The translations under genes were made by a program, and so were the position numbers. The notes beneath the pieces are model-generated. The model was not told where the DNA came from. It was given only the letters and a program-made list of their open reading frames with translations, and did not search any database. Below, piece by piece: positions 10,611-20,454 of a DNA stretch of 38,849 nucleotides. Each line of letters begins with the position of its first letter. Within the stretch, counting starts at the first letter, position 1. This DNA is from Paraphysomonas bandaiensis. Its lineage: Eukaryota > Protista > Chrysophyceae. The DNA is taken from contig CBFFRP010000135.1 of NCBI GenBank assembly GCA_965644295.1, forward strand, positions 1 through 38,849, read 5' to 3'.

Positions 10611-11687
10611 CTACTGCTTTGGGTTCCAATAACACACTTCGGTGGGTTTTTAAAGACACTCACTGCATCATGTCTGAAGACTGATGATGACGTAATGCTT
10701 TGACCCATATCTCATTCTATGTTATCAACGGTAGGATCAAAAACCTCTTAAGGCATTCACTGTAAGGATGAAAATCAGAAAATCAAGAAATTTATGATCA
10801 TTTTCGTTTTTGTTGTTTCAATTTATTGGCAAGTTTTCCCCCTCAGATGACTGCAAATCACAGTCACTTATTAAGTTGGAATATTTAGAGGTGGACATTG
10901 CTCATAGGGTCATATAGATATCGACACAGGTAAAGTAATTTTATAGTGCTTGACACGATCATGTTCTTAGAGTAGTGTTCCTATAGCATGTCTAGGTGTG
11001 GTTAAGTGTATTGGATGAATTTTGATTAAACACATGCGTGGTCGTTATAGCTTCATTGTGTGAGAGATGGGTGCACTTGAAACGACCGGGGTTGTAGGGA
11101 TCATCCTTGTGGCTACATTCTGATATATCATGAACGTGCCTTAAACACATACTCACCAGTTACCCCTAATACGCATATACAGCGTCTAACTAATAGAGTA
11201 TAGTAGCGCGTACGGTTTAGCCCTATCTCTAATCCCAGTTACTCCTCTTCTTAATACTTACTATGACTTCATACCAACTAGAAGAAGTGACTTAACAGAG
11301 CAATCTTGCTATCGTATTCCCTAACCGCTCAGACGGTCCCATACATGCACTACAATCTACTCTACGTACTGATATATGTACCATGCGTACTGCAAGAGAC
11401 ACGTACTTATGTACTATGTACTTATGCACGTGTGCTATACGAACTGTAGGCGTATGCACAGGTATACCACCGTATACCTCTCAATCTAACCTTTTACTTA
11501 ACCTACTACAATATGGGGTCTAAACTACTACAATAGCTTATCTTTCATTATTCTACTTACAACTCACTTTTTCCAGTCAAATGTCGCATATCAGAATCGT
11601 CACACACTGTCATAGAAAATTCTCTGCCCTACGATGGCAAATACAGTCCAACATAAAGTTTCACCCTATTAACCAGCTCCAAGCCCA

Positions 11688-13016
11688 ATGTCTCTATTGA
11701 GACCGTGGCTGAGTCACATCAGTGTGCCCAGGGCCTTTTACACTCCCTTACTGCTGCATTTTGTTGACCACCACGCTTCCGACAAATTACCTGTCACACC
11801 ATGTTGTACACGCTCCAAGCCCCCCTGCCTGGCCTTGCAACCTTCACCCTACTCAACTACTTCAGTTAAACCACGTGCCTGCACCAATGCAGCGCTGACC
11901 GCACCTATGTGCTATCCCCTCAGCAGACAACTTCGTCTCACCCATCGCTTTCTACGGCTACAACCTCTCAGAACATGGCTCGTGCGAGCAGGCTCACGAA
12001 AACGACCCCCATGGACCCCCTATGCAATCACTGAATACTCTCGATCCCTCTCAACTGTGCAACAGGGCTGCCTTCTGCCGCCCACTCAACCCAACCCAAC
12101 ATGGTTTGTCTGTGGTCCATCCACCCAGCAGGCTACCCCCTCACCCTGTTCACCTATCACCCCCACAGCCCATCCATCTCATTGGATAGACACTGTATTC
12201 CGCATACGGTATACTCGACTACTGTACTACTGTGTCCTACAGGATGTATACCATTCCGTGTATACCTCTACTGCTGTTGGACACATCACCATGTCCATGT
12301 ACCTGTATACCTGTACTGTTGGACACATCACCATGTCCATGTACCTGTCTACCTGTACTGCTGGACACATCACCAGCTCTCTCTCTCTGTCCAACACACT
12401 CATAACACCACTGCAGTGTCATACACACACACAGTACACTCTACCTCCTCCTAGAAAACCCCCGGACAAACTATCTCCCCTCCCTTCGTCTCTGATACCT
12501 TGCCGTCATCTTCCTTACACACATACTCTATGCCTCAGCCTGTACCCCCCTGCACCAACACAGACACTAACAAGGGCAGCTGAGGACGTCCGAGTGTCTC
12601 CTCCAGACCATCATCATCATCACGATCATCTCGTGCATAGGGCTATCAGAGTACTCGACCTCAGTGACTCTTGTTCTGTTGCGCAGTCTCACTCCCCTCA
12701 ATCAGATGTTGCCTCTCTTGCACCATCACACTCCCTCTCGACTCCCTGTAGCTGGACACACCGGATGACCCTCACATCCCACCCCTGTACAGCTATACAC
12801 CCTCTTGCATGTGTTCTCTACCGCTGGCTAAGACAGCAAAAGAGCCGATTTCGACGCTTCTTCACAGTAGGCCATAACCTTTTGCAAGACCTTCATCCAC
12901 ATACCTCCGAGCCACTTGGAACAATGCCTAAAGGAAGGCCACCAGATCGCCAATCTCAGAAGGGCATATTACTGTTTCCCCTAACTGCCATAAGGCTAAT
13001 AAGTCAGTCCCCGTGA
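11688..13016 (+). CDS. Hypothetical 442 aa Pro/Thr/His/Ser-rich ORF, probably transposon-derived
   Basis: Long open frame on a strongly C-rich strand, no recognisable domain, recurring [RK]PP[DW] motifs, and flanked by repeats. Confidence 0.3.
   Translation: MSLLRPWLSHISVPRAFYTPLLLHFVDHHASDKLPVTPCCTRSKPPCLALQPSPYSTTSVKPRACTNAALTAPMCYPLSRQLRLTHRFLRLQPLRTWLVRAGSRKRPPWTPYAITEYSRSLSTVQQGCLLPPTQPNPTWFVCGPSTQQATPSPCSPITPTAHPSHWIDTVFRIRYTRLLYYCVLQDVYHSVYTSTAVGHITMSMYLYTCTVGHITMSMYLSTCTAGHITSSLSLSNTLITPLQCHTHTQYTLPPPRKPPDKLSPLPSSLIPCRHLPYTHTLCLSLYPPAPTQTLTRAAEDVRVSPPDHHHHHDHLVHRAIRVLDLSDSCSVAQSHSPQSDVASLAPSHSLSTPCSWTHRMTLTSHPCTAIHPLACVLYRWLRQQKSRFRRFFTVGHNLLQDLHPHTSEPLGTMPKGRPPDRQSQKGILLFPLTAIRLISQSP
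12259..12375 (+). repeat. 42 bp tandem repeat, ~2.5 copies
   Basis: GGACACATCACC recurs at 12279, 12321 and 12363. Confidence 0.9.
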
Positions 13017-13140
13017 GGTACATAAGGCTATCTATCATATAGCGAGTGGAGTCTCATCCCAAGAGGAGACCTCCAGATCACACGCGCCGGTGAGTCCCAG
13101 GACACACGATCATGGCGAGCCTCATAACACACACTAAGAA

Positions 13141-13709
13141 CGGAAGTGGTTGCACCTTGGTGCTTGCGGCGACGCACAAGCAGCTTCTGTAGCGTTAAAT
13201 AGTAGGATAAAAGAGTTTGTATTGATTAGTTACGGGTAGTAGTCTAACTAGTATGACTAGCATTCTTCTAGCCACTAATTGGTGCAGGCTTTCAACGCCT
13301 ATTGCTAAATAATCAGACATTCAATATACACACTGTCATTTCATACAATATAACCAGTTGCTAGTCTGTTCAACAGCGAGTGGTTGAAGACGATTATCAT
13401 ATGCTATACTAGATTACTTGTATAGCTTGACTATAACTATATTGGTGAATTGTTCTACGTTCTATCTGGTCGACCAATCAATATTTTTACTATACAATAA
13501 CACAATATATCAATATATTGTATATTGAAAGTCTTATTATTAGCAATAGGCGTTAAAAACCTGCACCGATTTCGTAGCTAGATGAATGCTAGACAAACTA
13601 GTTAGACCTCTACCTGTAACTAATCAGTACATACTTTTTTTATCCTACTATTTAATGCTACGGAAGCTGCTTGTGCGTCGCCGCAAGCACCAAGGTGCGA
13701 CCACTTCCG
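13141..13709. repeat. Long imperfect inverted repeat (arms ~13141-13330 and ~13519-13709), repeat family A
   Basis: CGGAAGTGGTTGCACCTTGGTGCTTGCGGCGACGCACAAGCAGCTTC... pairs with ...GAAGCTGCTTGTGCGTCGCCGCAAGCACCAAGGTGCGACCACTTCCG. Confidence 0.92.
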
Positions 13710-13935
13710 CTCTGAGTTCTTAAGGTGAACACCCCGGATGCTTGACTTCAGCAGGCAGCCCAATACCCCGGATGCCCTTCAGGTGGGCCCTGTCCCGGAT
13801 GCCTGTGTATTCGTCAGGGCCCAAAGACGTCTACACAAGTGGCACTTATTGGTGTCCCTTGTACCACACAAACATTCGGCTATGCGTCAGCAGAAGAGTA
13901 TCTGCTGACTATGTTTGCGGCTCACGTTAGTTACC
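13710..13935 (+). repeat. Continuation of dispersed repeat family A with three CCCGGATGC sub-repeats
   Basis: Homologous in reverse orientation to ~27778-27970, and to the arms at 17986-18203. Confidence 0.85.
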
Positions 13936-14475
13936 CAGAGAGAATCTCTCCGGTACTTATTCCCCAGAACACCACGAAAAGGTGCGAGTCCGACTTTGTT
14001 GAGGGATCAATATATTGTAATACACCAATACGTTGGCCCTGGGCCCTGAGATAAGTTGAAATGTATTGGCTATTGGTTGTATAAGATCGTGTCCATCTAA
14101 TAAGGCAGTAGTAGAATTGACAATAGCAATAGAGTGAGTGTTGATCACAACTTTAATATATTGAGAGTGTGTAGCATTTGAATTCAGTTACTTAATTCGA
14201 AGCTTTGAAATATCAAGAAGCGATACTTCACTGTCCTCATAAACTAAACTCAGCAAGTTTTCATGTATTTATTGCAAGCCCAAGTGATATATAATATATA
14301 AATCTTTCTTATCTTTAAGTATTCACTCTCGTGTATTATATGCAAAACAACATTATTCACAAAATCTGTTGATCAGAAAAATACATCTTTCATAGTGCAA
14401 CCATATTAGATAAATGCACAGAATACTCCGTAAATACCACTATAACAAATAAAATGCAAAAATTTGCACTGAATA

Positions 14476-16047
14476 TCATGTGTTATCTCCACATACTAAT
14501 TCTTTGCTTTGTGAATACTGCTCTGCCAAACAGAGTCGCTCAAAAGGCAGACTGTCATTGACAGAAATATTGTTGGGTACCGCAACTCTTAGCCATCGAC
14601 GCCGCCTCACAACGTCTGTTGTTTGAGGAGCTGGGTGTGATCTATTTTCCCGACAACGTACCCTCAGGTCAGCGAATGACCGCCCATAGGCCCATGATTT
14701 GTCTCCAACAGAGGTATAAGACTTACATAGCGTCCATTTCCATGGGGAATGGGTACCAATACTGTCTGTGTTCACTCCTACAGCTTCAGATTCTTCACAC
14801 CAGTGATAACCTTCTGGTGGATCAGCCCTTCGTAAATATCTATCGGGGTACTTAATGCCCTCTGCGTTCGCCAACTTAGCGCAGTCATTTGGGAGAAGGT
14901 TTAGACAGCTCCAACCCTTCAGAGGAATATAACGCTGATGTTCAAACACCTCCACCAACATCATATTAGGGATGCTAGAATCGGGGCTCGAAATAGGATG
15001 ACAAAAGTGCAGCACATAAAGCGCTTGAAGATGGTTATTCGACACTGTATGCTCGCCAGGAGATAGTGTGCGACGAATGCGCGCCCATATGGTGTTGTCG
15101 TTAATGTAAAACGCCGGGGACTGACGACGTTGAGCCCGTGCATATGTCGGTGAAGATTGGTGTTCAACCACCGCCGACTTTAATGTTTCACCACTTTCAG
15201 GTGAACTATCTAAAATATTTCCAGTAGGGGACAAGCAATTAAACACGTACCGCACATCTTCTTTGCAGCATTTTATCATGAAGTGAATAGCTGCGATCCA
15301 ACGATACAGGTCGTCCTCATTCTCAGGTGAAAGGCGCAGAGCTAATACAATACCTGTCTCCGGTTCAATCGTAAGCAATGAGAAACCGCATTGCTGGCCA
15401 TCGTATCCCGGAGGAAGCATAACAACTCTGGTTTCGTCGTCAATCCTTTTCTCCCCCTTCATCACACCGCCCTCAGATTCATAATACCGAAGTCGGTTTT
15501 CCGTCAGTTCAAACCAGCGGCGTTTCCATGACTTCACACGGCTACCTTGCTTAATCAGAAAACCGGAGTGTTTGGCCTCCAATTCCAAGTCGCACTCAAC
15601 GTCAAAGCTACTTGCAAAAATAGTGTTCATGCCCCCAACACTAGGAACAATAAGGGAGCTAGCTCGATCCACTGAATATCCACTACAAAAATTTTCTGAT
15701 GGACGATAAGATCCGTTAATTGACTGAATCAAAGCTATCATCCAAGCTTCTAAAGACGGCATGTCAAAGGCGGACATCACGAAATCTTTATCAGATCCAG
15801 AGGGGTCACGCAGAGTAAACACAAACTGACGTTTCGACTCCGGTTCCTGGGATTCAACTACAGATGACGGGGTGATGATGAACTTCTCCTTTAGAACTGA
15901 CTCTGTCTCGTCTCCGTATATTAACAGGCGGCCGTTGTCGATCACCGCCCACCGTAACTGCCACATACCAACAATGGGACTTTTTTTCTCCAGAAATCCC
16001 GAGTAACTGACATCCCATTTATGGGGAATGTTTCCTGCTTCATCCAT
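14476..16047 (-). CDS. Tandem PH domain protein with C-terminal dysferlin (DysF/Pex24-type) domain
   Basis: PH1 SGFLEKKS...WQLRWAVI...LEAWMIAL. PH2 SGFLIKQGSRVKSWKRRWFEL...RWIAAI. DysF VFEHQRY...GW...PPEGYHW...WAYG...DVVRRRRWLR. Confidence 0.88.
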   Translation of the reverse strand: MDEAGNIPHKWDVSYSGFLEKKSPIVGMWQLRWAVIDNGRLLIYGDETESVLKEKFIITPSSVVESQEPESKRQFVFTLRDPSGSDKDFVMSAFDMPSLEAWMIALIQSINGSYRPSENFCSGYSVDRASSLIVPSVGGMNTIFASSFDVECDLELEAKHSGFLIKQGSRVKSWKRRWFELTENRLRYYESEGGVMKGEKRIDDETRVVMLPPGYDGQQCGFSLLTIEPETGIVLALRLSPENEDDLYRWIAAIHFMIKCCKEDVRYVFNCLSPTGNILDSSPESGETLKSAVVEHQSSPTYARAQRRQSPAFYINDNTIWARIRRTLSPGEHTVSNNHLQALYVLHFCHPISSPDSSIPNMMLVEVFEHQRYIPLKGWSCLNLLPNDCAKLANAEGIKYPDRYLRRADPPEGYHWCEESEAVGVNTDSIGTHSPWKWTLCKSYTSVGDKSWAYGRSFADLRVRCRENRSHPAPQTTDVVRRRRWLRVAVPNNISVNDSLPFERLCLAEQYSQSKELVCGDNT

Positions 16048-16457
16048 TTATTTCCACATGCCGGTATGAGATGCTTATTTACTGGAATGCCTGGTATCTA
16101 TGTGACCTTGAAGGAAATGATTAGAGCAGACAGAGTAGGCTACAAGTACACCAGGCAGTATATACGATCGTACCACGGCACGATAGTACAGTAGGATTTC
16201 CTAGCATGGAGTACACTGCTTGCTCTGTTCTCGAAAATCCCCTCTTTTGTGCCTACAATAGCCTATTTTTTATAGTGAAGCAGTTGCAAAATCGAAAGAT
16301 ATTGATGATAAAAAAATCACAAAATCCCCATATTTTCAAGGATTGAGACCAACAGAAATAGGGGTTTACAATAGTAGAGTTTTATGGAGGGAGTAATTTG
16401 GAATGAAGAGACTGACTCATCATCCAGGAATTCATTGCATCGTTAGGTATCTAGTGA

Positions 16458-17504
16458 ATGAAGAAGCGACGCAATACCCCTACTAATGGGGATGACTATT
16501 CTAATGCTCCTAACAGTAAGCCTAAAAAACAAAAGTATCACACAATAGACGGGACACCTACAGTTCAAAACATTGATCCTCAGGGGCCTTATTTATGGCC
16601 AATTCGTGGACCACCGTTGGCTAGATGTGCTCCTGTATGTATAGAGGATGTGGGGAATAGAATTATATTTCGAAATGATACTTATATTGTGATAGACAAG
16701 CCCCCAGATGTGTCTATGGACGGCTGTGCTGACATCACGGCTGAGTCAATCGTTCGCCACTGGTGTAGTAGCAGTCCTAGTGGGGCGCTACCATCTCACC
16801 CGTTAAGATGGTGCCATCGTCTTGACTTTGGAACCTCTGGTATTCTTGTATTAGGTTTGACCAGGGCTGCAGCAGCTGCTGCTGGCGAAGCCTTTTCCGC
16901 ACGAACCACCAGCAAAGAGTACTTAGCCGTAGCGTGTGGCAGGGTGGATGCCATGTTTTACCCTGTCGTTAAGTCTTCTGCATGTGGTGTGGGCGCCCAT
17001 AGGAGGCCAGATGACCCCCCTGGTGTTTTTGTGATAGATGCTCCTATCGGGCCCGTAGCACCTGGTGATTTCCGCATGCAGGTATACGAATTAGCCTCGA
17101 ACGTGAATAAAACTCCAAGTAATGGTGTAGTTTGGGGAGGAAGTAAAGGTGTTCGTCCTGCTCGCACGGTGGTAGAGATCCTTGGTGTGTGTAAATATTT
17201 AAACTCTACAGTGACACGCCTCCGACTGAAGCCGGAGACTGGCCGCCGGCACCAACTACGGGTACATATGGCGCATCTGGGGCATCCCCTTGTCGGTGAC
17301 GCCACATATGATGGAGGACGTATCGCAGGAGAAGCACCACGAATGATGCTTCACGCTCAGAGACTTTCTTTGCCTCTTTCTGGGGGTGAAACATTGACAG
17401 CCTCTACTCCAGACCCTTTCCCACAGGATTCCCATTCCGATGAATTGAAACCGGTCGTTTTAACTAATATATCAGAGTGCACGGCATGTATTCTACACAA
17501 ATGA
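16458..17504 (+). CDS. RluA-family RNA pseudouridine synthase (RPUSD-like)
   Basis: VIDKP, catalytic [34 protein letters not shown] and MMLHA. Confidence 0.95.
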   Translation: MKKRRNTPTNGDDYSNAPNSKPKKQKYHTIDGTPTVQNIDPQGPYLWPIRGPPLARCAPVCIEDVGNRIIFRNDTYIVIDKPPDVSMDGCADITAESIVRHWCSSSPSGALPSHPLRWCHRLDFGTSGILVLGLTRAAAAAAGEAFSARTTSKEYLAVACGRVDAMFYPVVKSSACGVGAHRRPDDPPGVFVIDAPIGPVAPGDFRMQVYELASNVNKTPSNGVVWGGSKGVRPARTVVEILGVCKYLNSTVTRLRLKPETGRRHQLRVHMAHLGHPLVGDATYDGGRIAGEAPRMMLHAQRLSLPLSGGETLTASTPDPFPQDSHSDELKPVVLTNISECTACILHK

Positions 17505-17985
17505 CAATGCTATTAATAACTGCGTACTGGAAACGTTGTAGGACTAAAATGTACTGAAATTAACCTTGCATAATATGAAAACATTATGCAAGCTCTGCTT
17601 ACTTGTCCAAGAAAGAATTATAATTATTCTTCTAAAAAACACTTATCAGGGCTGCTGACAGTTAAATTTGCGATAATTGAAACTGGGACAGCAAATAATA
17701 ATTGCAATTATAATTTTGGGATTAAAGCCGATTATCCCGGAGAGGTGAATGCTTGCTTCAGTTATTTGAATTGAGTCTACTATGCTCTTGCAGTGATTGT
17801 CTGATTATTAGCATTGGGCGCGTAAGAGTCAGAACTAATGTAGCAAAATAATTTAACTCACTAGTGCTTAAAACTGGCATCCTACTATTTAACATTACGA
17901 AAGCATCAAGGTGCAATCACTTTTGCTCCAGCATTCAAAGCAAATGCAGCGAGCAAGCAGAATGTTGATATACCTGACATCTGCT

Positions 17986-18203
17986 ACTTCAAAAGTTTTG
18001 AGTCTTTAAGGTGAACATCCCACATGCTTAACAATACCCCGGTTGACCTTGAGGTGGCCTATTCCTGAATACATTCAAACTTGCTACTTTCGTATAACAG
18101 GCATCCGGGACTGCGCCCACCTCAAGGGCAACCGGGGCATTGAGTTTCCTACTAAAGTTAAGCATATGGGAAGTTCACCTTAAGGACTCAAATATCCTGA
18201 AGT
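17986..18203. repeat. Short inverted pair of repeat family A fragments
   Basis: TTTGAGTCTTTAAGGTGAACATCCCACATGCTTAAC pairs with GTTAAGCATATGGGAAGTTCACCTTAAGGACTCAAA; same sequence as 13714-13790. Confidence 0.85.
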
Positions 18204-19681
18204 CCTGAAGTTATGTTTGTAACACCCTCCTATTGGTGTCAGCATCATCTAATACAGTAACGAGTGCAATATCTCTGACGCGCTGCTCATCAGCACTCGA
18301 TATCGACTGTTGTTCTTCATTAATCATTGCTCTGATCCTTCTCAGAGCTAAATGAAACAGGCTAGAGTCATGAACCTCCATTTTAGGTTCTCCCTCCATG
18401 GTACTAATAGATAAATAACAATGAATATGACTACAACTACAATAATACTATCTACAAGCAACTTCCAGAGTACAGAAATTGCATCTTATTATCTATAATC
18501 AATATATACATATGATTCCCTGGCCAGTGGAAGGCCTGCAGGAATGACCTTCATCCATATGCATTACTAATAGCTCAGCCTGATCACAACTGATTCATCA
18601 CCAATGCATAAGGGAAGATACATTCACTATTCTCATTGTAGTTGAAGCCTTGTATACGTTCTTCCAAGTACAGTTCAATATACAATAAGTACCTAATGAA
18701 ATACATAAGTACAACTGTTTTACTGGATAATCTGGCAATACACGTCTATCAGCGTGGATATCAAACCCGGAATTCTCCAGTAAACTTCTCCAGCCTTAAG
18801 CATTAATATATATATATAATAAGAACATATACATATAAATCATCAATTATAATATCTTCACCATTGAACTTCATTATTGGTAATCCTGTCTTGCTTTGTC
18901 TTTTGAATAGGTATATAAGTATAAATGATAAGCATAAACATATTCATAATATATCATATAGCTTAATGTGAGATATGGTAATAACAATCATATTCAACCT
19001 ATGTTGCACATATAGTATGTACAAACTTAAACATATACAATAGAGAGCTCATATAGCATAAAATAACCAGATATGGCTGGTTATTACATGTTTCTGAAAG
19101 CTAATCGACAGTTGTGGCCGGATGCATGCATATTTCTATTAATTTTGATTGAATATGATAACGTTGACGTCACCGATGGTGGCTCAGAGGATGAGTATGA
19201 AGAAAATTGTGATGAGCTAAGCACTAAGCTGCAGCTAGAGTCGTTGCTTGTCAACGTAGTTGGTTGTTGGTTTAGTTATTAGTTATCATGTGTACTAAAA
19301 TTGGAATCTATGGATGTATTTACTTACTGATTAATGATACCAACATACTGCAATAGTATTGTTGGGTTGTTCCAATACCTCCATCAATAGTATTGACGGT
19401 ACGCTATCTAACTATAGTATTGCAATGCACACTATATTGTTCCTTAGCCCTGTTAAGATTATAGAGACGCACGAGGAAATATTTTTGTCTTGTTAATCTA
19501 TGTTTTCATTTACAAATACTATATTTTTATAAAAATTCTGAGTCGTATTTTAATTTACTGGTATAGTCAGGATTTGAATACTCTCTGTAACGTTGACCAG
19601 AAAAAGGATTCACACATTTCAATCTAATATTTACACTGCAAGGTACAATATATAACAGAAGTCTTCCCATTCTTCAACCCT

Positions 19682-20110
19682 TTAATAATTCCTAATTCTT
19701 TGGCGAATCGGACGAGGATAAAACTCGTTTAAGTCCTGCAATAGACATGCAGTTTAACAATAGACTCATTTCAGCACATGTCAAAGTAATACCTCCAAAA
19801 CAGATATGAAAGTATCATCAGCTAATGTCGGAGGAAGTGACAAATACGTAGGACTTATTTCAAGCCATTCCTCAGGAAGAAGAACAGCGTTAAACTTTTC
19901 TTCTGCTAACCGCGCTCTGTCACGGAATGAGTTCTTACCATCAGGGGAATGATCAACTCGAGATAGCGATTTAATTTGATTTATCATAGGGTCCGTCAAG
20001 ATGTTGTTCGACAGCCTTTTCTCCATAGTGTTGTTACTTTCCTTGTCGCTCCACACACTGTTAAATAAACATAAATGAGAAGCAAGTGGATGAGTGCGCA
20101 GATCATGCAT
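19682..20110 (-). CDS. Small hypothetical protein, two exons (20110-19793, 19735-19682); 5' end uncertain
   Basis: 109 aa ORF with GAG|GTATTA donor and TTGCAG acceptor (57 nt intron) giving in-frame ...ISVLE|DLNEFYPRPIRQRIRNY*. Confidence 0.55.
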
Positions 20111-20454
20111 CTATAAATATCCCACTTTTACGAATATTTGGATCGCCGTAAACCGTATAACGGGCTGGCCGAACAATAAAATGTTCGGAAAATTGGATTA
20201 TCTATAAATATCCCTGATTTTCGTGGAAACAATAAAAAACAGTGTGGGAGTTCTGTCATTTTCCTTGCGGTACTGTATGATCGAAGTAAAAAAAACTACA
20301 TCCACATATACGAAGATGTAGAGACTGCAATGTCAAGTATAGCATACACAGATCCAGATATATCGAGAGCTGTCGATACAATTGCAGTCATCCACCCATA
20401 TCCAAACATCTCCTGTGTTGATTATCTGTGTTGATTATTTATTTGAGGAACAGT

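Noticed and set aside
12259-12375. Regularly spaced repeats as a CRISPR array
   Set aside because: The units are contiguous tandem copies with no unique spacers, and the context is eukaryotic with no cas genes.
13790-13830. Hammerhead ribozyme suggested by CTGACGA on the minus strand (also near 27888)
   Set aside because: No stem II followed by GAAA could be placed.
18006-18184. Kolobok/piggyBac-type MITE with TTAA target duplication
   Set aside because: Complementarity and homology to other family A copies extend beyond both TTAA sites, so they are internal rather than a TSD.
18211-19460. Short ORFs and CAATAGTATTG mini-repeats in an AT-rich intergenic region
   Set aside because: No recognisable domain or coherent gene model; probably degraded transposon or pseudogene debris.
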